This document shows, one piece after another, positions 1 through 12,939 of a DNA stretch of 64,000 nucleotides (position 1 is the stretch's first letter; each line of letters starts with the position of its first letter). This DNA comes from Octopus vulgaris. Taxonomy: Eukaryota. Location of the stretch: assembly GCA_951406725.2 (NCBI GenBank), contig OX597833.1:36704001-36768000 (forward strand), read 5' to 3'. Position numbers and translations under genes: made by a program. The notes beneath the pieces were generated by a model, which was given only the letters and a program-made list of their open reading frames with translations, was not told the DNA's origin and ran no database searches.

Positions 1-76
1 GCTCTTCTACAGAAGGGGACACAGAAAAAAAAAACAAGGAGAGAAAAAATAGGCTCCTTGCCCCAGAAAAGAAAAG

Positions 77-187
77 ATTCGGCTGCTATTTCTTGCACTC
101 CCTGCTACCGTGTAACAGGTATTTTGGGTGCTTTATCGCAAATAGCTATTACGTGGTAGCAGGGTGTGCTAGAACTATCAGTCAAAT
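77..187. repeat. Short imperfect inverted repeat (MITE-like hairpin)
   Basis: Arm 77-115 (attcggctgctatttcttgcactccctgctaccgtgtaa) is roughly the reverse complement of 149-187. The gatttggctgctatttc motif recurs near 1700 and 39200. Confidence 0.6.
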
Positions 188-215
188 GTCAGGAGGTAAG
201 ATACGTTGAATACAC

Positions 216-322
216 TCACATGTAATAGTCCAATGGATTGAGATCTGAGGAATTTGGAGGCCAGATGTTAGGAGTTATATGATCATAAAAATGTTCACCC
301 ATCCATTCCTGTGTTACTAGAG
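216..322 (-). mobile_element. Tc1/mariner (maT/DD37D-like) transposase fragment
   Basis: Translates to LVTQEWMGEHFYDHITPNIWPPNSSDLNPLDYY, matching the WPPxSPDLNPLDY motif. A homologous stretch lies at about 55330-55430. Confidence 0.8.
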
Positions 323-332
323 GTATGTGTGA

Positions 333-516
333 TATACATACATACATACATTCATACATATACATACATACATACATACATACATGTATGCATGCATGCA
401 TGCATGCATACATACATACATACATACATACATACATACATACATACATGCATGCATACATACATACATACATACATACATACATACATACATACATACA
501 TACATACATACATACA

Positions 517-548
<32 letters not shown>

Positions 549-556
549 CATACATA
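333..556. repeat. (TACA)n/(TGCA)n microsatellite
   Basis: Directly visible. It explains the overlapping MYVC/HTYI pseudo-ORFs. Confidence 0.97.
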
Positions 557-1448
557 ATGAATATAGGCATGTATGGATGAACCAGAGATAAAACAGGTAT
601 GGGACGATCACAAAACAAGTTGTTGCCACAAGCAATGGTGAGAAACATTAGGTAGGCTGATGACCGGGAAAGACAGAGAGGGTAAGTATCTTGTGTGCCT
701 ACGGCCTTCTAGGTTACGAATTTTGAAGGTGTTGAATTGATGAAAGCCAATGTGTGAGTAATTTAAATAGCTATTGAGAATTCGATGGTTGTGAGAATCT
801 GACAAGAGAGACAGATGTAGATGTTGTAATTGGATGGATAGATGATTGTGGAATGGATGTTTGCGACTGGTTGAATGATCTTGGATGAATGTTCCGTTGG
901 TTATGTGGGATAAGGTGGATGACATTTGCTTCCGAATCGAATTTTTGATTGAATGGATGAAGGTTTTAAAACATAGGACTTTTATTTGCCCTTTTAATGA
1001 ACCGCATTCAATTTGAATACACTCTTTCCACCTGCCATATTAATGCAATGTGCGTATGGTAAATCTCTCATCCAGCAGATTGTAAGGATACCATCAAAAT
1101 GCTATCTTCATGTAGTAATGTAGTTGTACGATATCTTGGGCAAACTGGCCAGGTAAAATACTCTCTCTATCTCTCTTTCTCCCCCCTCTCTCTCTCTCTG
1201 CTATAAGCTCATGAGTAATTAAACTCAGCACTGCAAGCAAATTTTACAGTGCTGCTATCAGTGAGTTCAGTTGTTACTTATTGGTATCTGAAATATTTTA
1301 GAATTAAACATATAAACCTTTAATGTAGAATTAAATATATTGACTAGTGGTTAGCCTAATCCCATTCATTGAGTACCAGTGATTTCAAACACAGAGACAA
1401 TTGAAATAATAGACATGGCACGATTTAGACAATATCAAATACAAAGCA

Positions 1449-1449
1449 G

Positions 1450-1520
<71 letters not shown>
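1449..1520. repeat. (TGT)n-(TGC)n trinucleotide microsatellite
   Basis: Directly visible. Source of the poly-Cys pseudo-ORF. Confidence 0.95.
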
Positions 1521-1849
1521 GCTACTATTTAACCCAAGTAATTCCTAATGCATCAAATTTATAATTAACGGTACCACAGCTATAACCTTCCTGCTTTTTT
1601 CTTCAAAGAAAATGTATCTAAAAAGTACAAAAGTAATATTGCAACGCCCTTCCGTTTTTCATTCCTTCTCTATTTTCTTACTTACGTTATTTGTGGAAGA
1701 TTTGGTTGCTATTTCTAACTCATGGAACAAACAGTCATGCCCTTTTCCTGATTACGTAAACAGGTCAGAATATTTCTCTTCAGCACATCTGACTTTATTT
1801 GACAAATACGTATACTTACAAGCAGTTCATACATTCCGTTCTAATTACT

Positions 1850-2040
1850 GAGCCCAACGCGTCGGCCAAAATAGCAGTGTTTCTTCCGGCTCTTTATGTA
1901 CTGAGCTCCAAACCCGCCGAGGTCAGCTCTGCCTTTCATCCTTTCGGGATTGATAAAATAAGGTACCACTCAAATATTGAGGTCGATGTGATGAACTAAG
2001 CCTCTTCCCCTAAAATGTCTGGTTCTGGAGCAATTTATAA
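1850..2040 (+). mobile_element. SINE family A, diverged copy (tail type 2)
   Basis: cgccgaggtcagctctgcctttcatcctttcgggattgataaaataag matches the family A core seen at 23341-23576. Confidence 0.75.
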
Positions 2041-3408
2041 TTAGTAGACACGCCCTTTTACGATACTTACATTTGTGGGAGCGTTTTCTGTGTTAATTAC
2101 TTTCAGAAAGTATGCTTGTTTGTCATGGCTGAAAGTAGACGCGCTCCTTCGGAACCGCAATACATCGTATTCATAATATTAAAAATGAATCAAATCATTC
2201 CAGTAAAACCTGAGCAAGACCTTATGAAACTGATTTATAATGCGGGGACAAGCCCGGTTCAGACAGTATTCGCTAGACACGCCTTTTTCATTTGAGTAGC
2301 GTCTGAAATATTTATTCTGAGCTCATTTGAAAAACACGCCCATTTTCTTTTTTCTCAGCCGAAACATTTCTTCCTATTTTACATTGATAGAAATTCTCAT
2401 TTTCACACTTTAAATTTATAAACATATTCCTTTTCTGACTTATACTCACTTATCCTCGGAAACACCAGATATTACGGAGTGCATTATAATATATTTTACT
2501 GGCAATCTTCTAAACTCCCAGAGTCCTTCGATTCAGCTTCAATTTTCACATGGTCCATCTGTTTCACTTTGTTTATTCCTTCTAAGTGCAATTTCCGGCT
2601 AAAATTAGTATCAAATTATAAATAACTTAGAGATGGGGGTTCCACCAATCTTAACGTGACCTTTGACGCACAACATGAACAGGAATAATTCACTGGTGAA
2701 CCAATTTGAATAGATGCTAAAACTAGCAGATCCTTTATAATTTACTGATGGGGAAACAATAACAGCAACTAGTGTCGCTGCTACTGTTGCAACTGCTTTT
2801 GCCGCTGTTGAATGATTTTTATTTTAGTCAGTGTGGTGAGAGAGGTAGAGTTTATTGATTTTTTTTGATTTTTTTAGCACCACCACCACTCACTACTAAA
2901 CTGGAGTGAGTGGCATTAGACAGTTGAAGTCTTAACAGAGTTTCGTGTGACTACTTAGCTAACGGTCGAAGATAAAAGTTGAACAGGAGAAAGAGACGAA
3001 GGTGGTGGCTATCCTGCAGAAGGAGGATCGGATTAAAGTGTTCAGTGTTAAGCCGAGAGAGGCATGAGATAGGAATATTAGTAATGGAAAACAAGGATGA
3101 AGCAAGTACCAGTAATATTCTTAGATAGATTTCCGATCTTGTTCCAAAGTTAGAAATTTTATTATTCAGTTTGACATGACGTTAATATTTTCAAATGTTA
3201 CACTTTAAATACCTTTAGATAATCAAAATCTTTAAAATTATGAAACAAGTTCCAGTGTTACACAACTTTAACTAAATCGAATTCTTTAACATAATGAATC
3301 AAAATTATGAAGAGCTATAAATGAATGCATCAGAATAGAAATAAGAAAAAATCACAAAAGGTAGAATTTGGCGGGATGCTCAGAGGTACGATGATGAATG
3401 TTTACAGT

Positions 3409-3623
3409 AAGGCGATGAGCTGGCAGGGTCGTAAACACGCCAGGCAAAACGCTTAGCGGTATCTCGTCCGTTTTTACGTTCTGAGTTCAAATTCCGCCGG
3501 ACTCGGCTTCGCCTTTCAGAATCGGTGAAATAAGTATCAGTTGAGCACTGGGATCGATGCAATCGACAAGCCTCCATCTCACAAAAATTTCAGGCCTTGT
3601 GCCTGTAGCAGAAAAGATTATTA
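3409..3623 (+). mobile_element. SINE family A, tail type 2
   Basis: Head aaggcgatgagctggcag, B-box-like gagttcaaattcc, tail aatttcaggccttgtgcctgtagcagaaaagattatta. Confidence 0.88.
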
Positions 3624-6052
3624 ATGTTTAAAGTCACTTTTTTTCAGTAGGTGTTATACTGCCTCTTAAATGTAACAGGGACTCTAAATTATCCAAAGCA
3701 CTTTCTCTAATCGCAAAAACTAAAGAATACATGGTTCTTTTCCTATACATTCCAAGTTCGAACCCACCAGATGAATTTCGGCTTTCATGCTTACCGAGTC
3801 GGTAAATTATGGTGTTAGTTATTAAGTATAGAGTAGATTTAATTAACTATGCAATCCCCTTCCACTCACAAAAGTCTTGTACTTCTATCAGAAATATTTA
3901 TTAGCATAGATGTTGTTCTTACGGTACATGTTTCTTTTTTAAGCCATACTATCGCTAATAACAATAGTGATAATTTGGTGATATATTCGTGTTGTTCGTG
4001 TTTCGGTGGTGGGGGAGGGGCTGAGAAACCGTGAGGGAGAGAGATAAACTGAAGACAATGTCTCCTACTAACCTCTACAAATAAGGTGAATCAAAACTCA
4101 CGCAATCTTTAAAGGAAACCATTTCACTAAAGTAATGAAAAAACTTGTTTGTAAGGTCAGTCATTTACTCTGAAGGAAGTGTAAGAGAGAGAGAAAGAGT
4201 GACAGACAGGCAGTGAGACAGATAGAGAAAGAGAGAGGGGGTGTATAGAGGGTAAAATGGTGGTGGTGGTGGTGGGGGGGGGGGAGGGAGACAATTGACA
4301 TTGGCAAATGGAGTTGGCATATGGTCGCTCAACCTGCTGAAAATAAATGCTAAAATAATCCAAAATCACAGCTTACTGTATAAAATAAGGTTATATATAC
4401 AATGACACGACTCCGTGTGTGTGCTTGTGTGTGTGTATATGTGTGTGTGGGGGTGTGTACTTTGACAAAAATATATACATACACCAATATACACATACAC
4501 AGGGACACACATATATACATACTCACACACAAGCGAACACACACACACACATACTCACTCACACAAATGCACATTTGTACATACAAAAATGTAATTATAT
4601 GTTTATTATATCTTTCGAATGTATCCAACTAGCAAGATCTATTATAAATACTTGCGGAAACACCGCCCTCCGAGTGATTTTCTAATATTCATTATAGTTC
4701 GGATGAATATGGGTGTGTTGTGTTATGGTGGTGGTGGTGGTGGAGGCGTGTGTGTATACATATATATATGTATATTTATTTATATATGTGTGTGTGTGTG
4801 TATTCATACACGTGCGTACGTGCATTGCATATACTCGCGAACGAGGGACGAAAGAAGATTATTAGAGCATTTTGCATAGTTTGCTGGAGTTTTTTTTTCA
4901 ATCTTTTAAATTATCCTAATAATTTCTGAAAATAATTTTTCTACAATCGCTCAGGTAAAGGCAATTCATTCTGGAAATTGTGGTGCATGTATATTAAGAT
5001 CCTTGTTATTGAGAAAAGTCTTTGTGCCTACGTCGTATATTCTTGTTACGACCAAGTATATATCAATCATGCTTTTTATATCATACAATATAGCCTTTAT
5101 TTGAAATAATTTTAAGGAAAACATACGAATCATTTAAAAGTTTGTCAGATCAATTATTCCATGCCTAATGTCATGCTCCTCAGTACAGTTTATTTCATCA
5201 TGTGTATGACAACAGTGATAACGGCATATTGTATGTAGCTAATGTTGGTATAGGTTTCCGTGTAGCAATTTTGGGACCAGTATTTGGAAAATATGTGATC
5301 GTATAGGCAAATTCATAATGTTCCCAACATAATCAATACATCTTAATTTGCCAACGACGATGACATCGGCGGCGGCGAGGTGGATGATGGCAACGTCGAA
5401 AATCTTATGATCATCATAATTAGATCGAATTAACCTTATGAAAACATTGAATTCACCTTATGAAGGTGATGTATCTTTCGTCCGTTTGGATGATAATATG
5501 CATTCAATCATTCAACCAATTGACCTTACTCGTTAAAGTAACAATAAGTGATTGAAAAATGGTCAGTCATATGTACCCTTAACGTAACGCGCCGGCTGAA
5601 TAGATGTCACACAATATTAAATTCAGAGGTACAACCCATCAAACGGATTTCCCAACAATTTTTGTTCACCCAGTTTCATTCAGGAGGCTTGGACCAACTC
5701 GAAGCTTCGATGCTTCAAGGTATGATGCATGTCCAAAATGCTATGCTGTGAGATATATCTCAAAACTTCAATACAGTAAAGTGAAATTCTAAAACACTCG
5801 GATGTAAGTGTTCAGAGACGAAGTTGGTTATGTAAAAACTCTGAAGAACTTGCCTCCAAGTAGTTATTAGCACCATTGAATAACAGCTATTCCCATAGTA
5901 CATAACTATGTGTATACTATATACATATACAGGCACACAGAACTCGCGCGCGCGCGTATAGTGTATGTGTATATATATACATATATATATGTTTGTGTAT
6001 TTGTGTGTATATTCATACACATGTATATATATATATATTATACAAACATATG

Positions 6053-6175
6053 AAGGCGGCGAGCTGGCAGAAACGTTAGCGCGCCGGGCGAAATGCTTAG
6101 TGGTATTTCGTCTGTCGTTACGTTCTGAATTCAAATTCCGCCGAGGTCGACTTTACCTTTCATCCTTTAGGGGTC
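6053..6175 (+). mobile_element. SINE family A, 3'-truncated
   Basis: aaggcggcgagctggcagaaacgttagc...ccgccgaggtcgactttacctttcatcc, broken by a (CATC)n tract. Confidence 0.88.
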
Positions 6176-6318
6176 CATCCATCCATACATACATACATCC
6201 ATCCATCCATCCATCCATCCATCCATTCATCCATACATATGATGTAGTGTTCAGTTATTGGTGGGATCAAAAAAAGAGTACTTCACCCAGAGAGAGATAG
6301 ATATTAGATATACACAAG

Positions 6319-6560
6319 ATTTAAATTCGAACTACTTATTAGTTCCATGCTGTGAAACCACGATGGTCGGACAAGCTTGTATAGCGTGCCATGTGTTTCC
6401 AAACAATCTTTCAGATACAAATATGAAACAGACTCCTTTTTTGCTTTTTACTCAAAGATCATTCTGGTGTATATCTATGTTGGGAAACATGCGGCAAGCT
6501 CTGCGAACATTTCCAACTATCGTTTTTTTACAGCATGAAGCTAAAAGCCCGGATTTAAAT
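6319..6560. mobile_element. MITE-like palindromic element
   Basis: 6341-6405 (agttccatgctgtgaaaccacgatggtcggac...tttccaaaca) is an imperfect reverse complement of about 6477-6542. ATTTAAAT marks both outer ends. Confidence 0.6.
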
Positions 6561-6675
6561 ATTGTGCATAGGAAATGATGTGCGTGTGAGGGGAGAGGGG
6601 GGAGGGAGAAAGAGAGGATGATAGACAGACAAACCAATAAATGGATAAGTAGATACATAGGTGAAGATAGATAGG

Positions 6676-6745
<70 letters not shown>

Positions 6746-6830
6746 GATAGATATAGACATATATATACAGATATGGTATATACATGCATACATGCATACT
6801 TGTACACAAACACGCACAGACACACACACA

Positions 6831-6902
<72 letters not shown>

Positions 6903-7370
6903 GTTATTCAAACAATTTTCGTTTCTCGTTATGTTATCCTCATCCATTTATATGTAAATGTGTCTGAGTGTGTGTGTGTGTGTGTATGTGTGTGTGTGTG
7001 TGCGTGTGTGTGTATGTGATTGTGTGTACATGCATATGTAAAGAGAAAATGAGAATAACAACAAGAGTGGGATAGAGAGGAAGAGAGAGACAGAGAGAGA
7101 GAGAGAGCATAGATCAGCTGCTTATTATGCAACTGACCTATGTTCTTCAATGGTGGAGGAGGCCGGGTATAGCTTCTGTGAGACACGTTGAACAAACTGT
7201 GCAAGTCCGTCAGGAGACTCGTTTCTTTTTTTTTTCTTTATACTTCAGTAATACGGAATGAATGTATTCACATTCATATTTAACCCAGAAAGGGGCTATA
7301 TAATATTTAAATTTATTTAAGTACTTTTGATTTTACTGTGCTGTGCATATGTGTGTATGTGGAGCGCGCG

Positions 7371-7398
<28 letters not shown>

Positions 7399-7401
<3 letters not shown>

Positions 7402-7789
7402 GGGTAGGCCAGTTTATGGGGTTACCCTGGATTTCTCGCTCATAAGGGGTTTAGCCTTACGGCGTATTTTCAGATTCCAAACACTGTGTCTGAGAGAGAG
7501 AGAGAGAGAGAGAGAGTATGTATGTGTGTGTGCGTGCGTGTGTGTGTGTGTGTGTGTGTAAAGAGAAAATGAGAATAACAAGAGAGAGAGAGAGAGGGGA
7601 AGAGAGGAGAGAGTGCATAGATCAGCTGCTCATAATGCAACTGACATATTGACATATGTTCTTCAATGGTGGAGGAGGCCGGGCATAGCTTTTGTGAGAT
7701 ACGTTGAACAAACTGTTCAAGTCCATCAGGAGATACGCGAGAAACCCAGCGAGAAACCCAAGGTAACCCCATAAACCGGCCTACCCCAC
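7399..7789. mobile_element. Non-autonomous DNA transposon (MITE), 42-bp TIRs, TA-flanked
   Basis: TIR gtggggtaggccagtttatggggttaccctggatttctcgct (7399-7440) matches the reverse complement of 7748-7789 at 39/42. TA lies on both sides. Confidence 0.85.
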
Positions 7790-7858
7790 TATGATATTGG
7801 TTGCTCTACATCATAGAATGTGCTTCTCCTCCGGATTTATGGATTTCTACAAACGATC

Positions 7859-7927
<69 letters not shown>

Positions 7928-8176
7928 TGTAGTCTCCTTTAAAGAGATTTAGAAATAATATTTCTATTTATAAAAGCAGAAAGTAACCAAAATAATAAAA
8001 TTATTAATCTATAACCAGGTAACAAGATAGTACACAACATTGCTTGAAATAGGAGTCAAACAGCACAAGAACCTTAGTAAATCACTTACATAGACACTGG
8101 TGAATTCGAGGAAAACGAGTATATAAAAAAACCACCTTACCAATTGCGAGTAAAGATCGCAAATAAGTTACAGACG

Positions 8177-8233
8177 TACTCATATCAAGTGGTTTCGGAC
8201 CCTTGATAAACACTTAGTCTTCGTTAGTGAGTA
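8177..8233 (-). ncRNA. Degenerate type I hammerhead ribozyme motif
   Basis: Minus strand reads tactca-CTAACGA-(agac...gtcc stem II)-GAAAC-cacttg-ATA-tgagta. Stem I is a perfect 6 bp; the core carries a G5-to-A change and stem III has a mismatch. Confidence 0.6.
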
Positions 8234-8431
8234 TTACTGCCGAGGGGTAAAATATTCGCATCACTATGAATGTATTGACCATATGAATGCAGCGGCAATT
8301 ACAAAATGATCGAATCGAATAAAACTAGAAAAATATATAATGATATTATTATTAATAAAATGATAATCTAAGCGGGCAACATCTTTATATATTTTTGTAA
8401 TTTTATTCACTTCGATCATTTTGAAATTGCC

Positions 8432-8529
<98 letters not shown>

Positions 8530-8940
8530 CTCTTTTTTTCGACAATGGAACTGCAACTGTAACATCCTACATATGTTTTTATTTCTTGACCACAAGTGGC
8601 CTGAACTCTTTACATGAACACCACCCTGTACATAACTCCATGTCCCCCTACATGGCCTTGCTTTTTACTTTTTGAGCCAAAGAATTAACTAACTAACTTT
8701 TATTTTTATTCTCTTATTTCCCTTTATACTTCCTATATCCACCCTTTTCCAGAATAACTCCTTTTATTGAACTCTACTATTTTCATCTATTTAACTCTCT
8801 CGTATCGTCTCTGATGAATGGATATCCCTAATATCCCAGAAACTGCTGTAAGACTACCTTTCTCTTTATAAATGTCCTATAATTTCCACACAGCGGTTCT
8901 TCTTCAGCTTACGGAACAACCAAAAGTCGCAGGGAACAAA
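8530..8940 (+). mobile_element. Penelope-like element 3' end/pLTR remnant
   Basis: Ends an ORF-like LTTSGLNSLHE (xGLN motif typical of PLE C-termini), then a pyrimidine-rich UTR and a hammerhead motif. Confidence 0.55.
8807..8854 (+). ncRNA. Minimal type I hammerhead ribozyme (intact core)
   Basis: gtct-CTGATGA-at-ggatat-cccta-atatcc-ca-GAAAC-tgct-GTA-agac: canonical CUGAUGA and GAAA, GUA cleavage triplet, 4-bp stem I, 6-bp stem II and a short stem III. Confidence 0.8.
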
Positions 8941-8954
8941 GTATGGATTGTATG

Positions 8955-9540
8955 GAGGATGAGGGTCAGTCTTGATGCCTACCTGTCAAATAGTTGCAAC
9001 CAGTCCGAGAGGAAGGGCTCAGACCTATTACGACTCAATCTCTTATTGAACTCCCACAAAACCTCCACAAAGTACTCTTTGTTGACTGTCTGGTCAGTGG
9101 ATGTAAATAGTGCCGTTGCTGTCGAAAAAAGAGATCATCATGAGCTCCTAGACTTGTTTTTTCTAGGGCCTTGGATCTGGTTGAGCCGGAATGCTTCCAC
9201 TGGGCACATTGTCTATTGATCTCTGGGTCATAATGGTAGATACGGTTTTCGTTACGGGTCACTAAAGACTCAAGTACTCTTGGATTAGTGGTAATGAGCT
9301 CAACCATTTACCTAGTGTCACCAACGCGCGTCTTTTCTTCACTGAGCACTCTGGGAACAAACTGCACAAATTTTACGCATGTTCAGATCTTCATGAAGCA
9401 TTCTACACACAGTTGCTTTATTATCTTTATAAGCGCACCACGGCCTTCATTCAAGAAATTGCAAATTTTCTTAACCAGCCTTGTTTTCTGATGTACCTCT
9501 CCTTCCCATTACTTTTATCGTCTCTCATCTTCTGGAATGC
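8955..9540 (-). mobile_element. Mariner transposase remnant
   Basis: LVTRNENRIYHYDPEINRQCAQWKHSGS corresponds to the mariner motif VTGDEtWiyhYdPetKrQSxqWkhxgS. Frameshifted. Confidence 0.8.
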
Positions 9541-9591
9541 ACATTGTGTGTGTGTATGTGTGTGTGTATGTGTGTGTGTATGTGTGCGTGT

Positions 9592-9633
<42 letters not shown>

Positions 9634-9825
9634 GTACATACAAACATATATGTACTCCTTTACCCTTTTATTTCGTTCATGCTGATATATATATATATAT
9701 ATATATACATAATTAAATGTAATACGTTAGATCCCTTTATATATATATAAATATAAATATTTTTTAAAAAACTAAATAAATAGATATAAGAAATATCTAT
9801 CGTAACTAATATTTATCAATATACA

Positions 9826-10037
9826 TATACTTACTTATTTCAGTCATTTAACTGAGGACATGCTTCGACTCCGCCTTGAAGGGTTTTAGTCGAACAAATC
9901 GACCCCAGGACTTCTTATTTTTTTAAGCCAAGTACTTATACTATTGGCCTGTTTTGCCGAATCGCTAAGTTACGAGGACGCAAACCAATGTCGGTTGTCA
10001 AGCGGTGGTGCTGGGCAAACAGACACACACGCGCGCG

Positions 10038-10085
<48 letters not shown>

Positions 10086-10252
10086 ACGGTCTTCTTCAGT
10101 TTCTGTCAACCAAATCCACTCACAAGCTATTGGTAAATCGAAAAGGCCCGAGGCTTTAGTAGAAAGCACCGTAATAGTTGTCACGCAGTGAGACTCAACC
10201 CAGAATCATGTGGTTGCGAAGGAAGCTTCCTACCATACACCTATGCCTGCGT
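9826..10252 (-). mobile_element. SINE family B
   Basis: Reverse complement of the 15371-15797 element, with the internal (AT)n/(GT)n tract. Confidence 0.85.
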
Positions 10253-10253
10253 T

Positions 10254-10317
<64 letters not shown>

Positions 10318-10330
10318 TGTGTTCATCTAC

Positions 10331-10760
10331 GTGGCTGTGTGGTAAGAAGCTTGCTTCCCAACCACATAGTTCTGGGTTCAGTGTCACTGCGTGTCTCCTT
10401 GAGTAGTGCATTCTACTATAGCCTCGGACCGACCAAAGCTTTGTGAGTGAATTTGGCTGATGAAAACTGAAAGAAGGCCGTCGTGTATATATATATATAT
10501 ATAACGGGAATATATATATACATATGTACATATATATATATGTATATATATATTTGTGTGTCTATGTTTGTGCCCCCACCGTCGTCGCTTGACATCCAAT
10601 GTTGGTGTGTTTACGTCCCCATAAGTTAGCGGTACGGTTAAAGAGATCGATAGAATTAATTCTAGGCTTATAAAGAATAAGTCTTAGGGTCGAGTTGTTC
10701 CACTAAAGGCGGTACTCGAGCATGGCCGCTGTGAAATAACTGAAACAAGAGAGTAAAAGA
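10331..10760 (+). mobile_element. SINE family B
   Basis: gtggctgtgtggtaagaagc...ctgggttcagtgtcac...ggcggtactcgagcatggccgc...tgaaacaagagagtaaaaga. Confidence 0.88.
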
Positions 10761-11899
10761 AATATATATATATATATCGATTTCACCGCCTATCATTTTT
10801 CGTGCGCGCGCACACGTACATCACTACTCGATCTATATATTCAGTATTGTTAAACAGGAAACATTACTCTCCGACGAAGTATCTTAACCGAAACGTTGAC
10901 TTTTTCTCCCATTCCCCACGGGAAACCAACGTATTCTACTTCTGAACTATATATAGACATTTTTTCGTGAATGTGTGTGTTTGTGTGTGCGTATGTGTTT
11001 GAGTGTTGTTTATATGTGCCTTCCTTTTTACCTATTAGCCTGTCTAGTTTTCTCTTTCTTTCCTTTCTGACTGTCTGTCTGTCTTCCTTCTTCTCTTTCC
11101 CTCCCTCTCACTATCTCTCTTTCTCTTTCTCTCTCTTTCTGTTTCCTTTTCTCTGTCTGAGTTCCTATGTGATATTAAAGTATGAAAAGAGCCAAACTAT
11201 AAGCTTCTGGCGAGGTCATAAATCTATGTCAAATCTGGCAGAGTAAGGACATATGTCAGCTAAAAATCTAAGTCGCGCCATCAAACCAACCAATGGCAGC
11301 CTGCTTCACTCTTCACTTAAACTCCGCCTTCGTTGATAACAGTTTTTGAAAATAGATAGCCGCGCGCTTTTATTTCTTATACTTTGGATCTCTTTCTCTC
11401 TTTACCTTTCTCACTCTTTCCCTTTCTCCCTTTTTTACTCTTCCCCCTCCCTCTCGTCTAATCTATGTATCTCAAGCTCACTAACATTTTTATCTGACTG
11501 CATTTCCCAGTATGTTTCTTACTATATTCCTACTATATATCTATTTCACAAACATTTTCTCTGTCCCTCATATTTTTTGTCTATCTTATTCTTGTTTCCT
11601 CCTCTTCTCTCTCTTTCCTTTCTGCTCCATCTTTCCCATCGTCATTTCTTCCTATCGCTAACGCATTATTTTTTTCTCTCTGTCAGGCAATACCTTTTCA
11701 CTCTCTACGGAACACTATCTCACTTTCCTTTCCCTCACCCTCAATTTCTTTCACCCCTCGTTTCCCTAAGACGTTTTCTTTTCTTTTTTTTCTCTTTATC
11801 ATAACGTTGTCTGTTTGGCCCCCTCTTCCTTTTTCACTAATTTTACTCTACTCTGTATATACTTTTACCTGTTTGTGCACACACACACACACGTAAATA

Positions 11900-11942
<43 letters not shown>

Positions 11943-12060
11943 TTACTTGGAAATGGACGCGTGGCGTTCAATCAAATAATAATATAAATAATATATATAC
12001 ATACACACACACGCGCGCATACACACACACACACACACATACACACACAAACATACACAC

Positions 12061-12481
12061 ATGCATATATGGGTACAGGTCGTCACCAACAGTAAGCAAC
12101 TTGAAATACGAAAACAATGAGTTCAATACGCAAACAACGAGAGAAACAAATGGAAAAAAGGACAAGTAACATAAAGAACGACCCTTCATCAGTTGTCGGC
12201 TGTCAATCTGTTCCTCATTTCGAGCATTGAACGACAATATGGATCTTCGAATTGCTCACACGTGACCATCGTCAATCTATCTTTTCCTCACGTAATCATC
12301 TTTCTTTTCTTTCAGGGTTGTCCTAAGGACTGGACGTCTCCTATATCTCTCTCTTCTATCCTTTCTTTTGTCATTCCATTTGTCATTTCCATTTGTTTCT
12401 CTCGTTGTTTGCATATTGAACTCATTGTTTTCGTATGTCATGTTGTTTACCTTTGGTGACGTCCTGTACCCAGACATGCAT
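12061..12481. repeat. Inverted repeat, about 96-bp arms (possible inverted Penelope pLTR pair)
   Basis: 12061-12156 is roughly the reverse complement of 12386-12481. The spacer carries CTGATGAAGG on the minus strand. Confidence 0.8.
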
Positions 12482-12536
12482 GCGTGTGTGTATATATCAA
12501 TGTATGTATGTATGTATGTATGTATGTATGTATATG

Positions 12537-12633
12537 CAGTTACGCATTGAGGTCGATGTAATCGACTTAATCCATTTGTCTGTCCTTATTTGTCCTCTCT
12601 ATGTTTAGCCCCTTGTTGGTAATAAAGAAACAG
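12537..12633 (+). mobile_element. SINE family A, 3' half (tail type 1)
   Basis: cagttacgcattgaggtcgatgtaatcgacttaatcc...gtttagccccttgttggtaataaagaaa. Confidence 0.85.
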
Positions 12634-12939
12634 ATATATATCATATTACATATGATATATATATATATTCATCAGTATATGTATGTGTTAACGTACATAC
12701 GTATTTGCAACTAACCTCTATAACAGAGTACGATCGTCTCTGATTTTAGGTTAGAAACATTTTTAAGGGAGTATTCCAAAAATAGTCTTTCTGAAATTCT
12801 TTTTATTTTTGCATTAAATCCGTTATCTCTTATTTTATTTTTATTTTTACATACTAGGGTCTGCAGGAACTGCTAGATAGAAATTTCTTTGGTAAAGACT
12901 AAAAGACCTATACTAAGAATAATTAAAATTATTACAATG

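Noticed and set aside
600-1150. Possible Penelope ORF N-terminal region on the minus strand
   Set aside because: Composition is suggestive, but I found no diagnostic motif to support a call.
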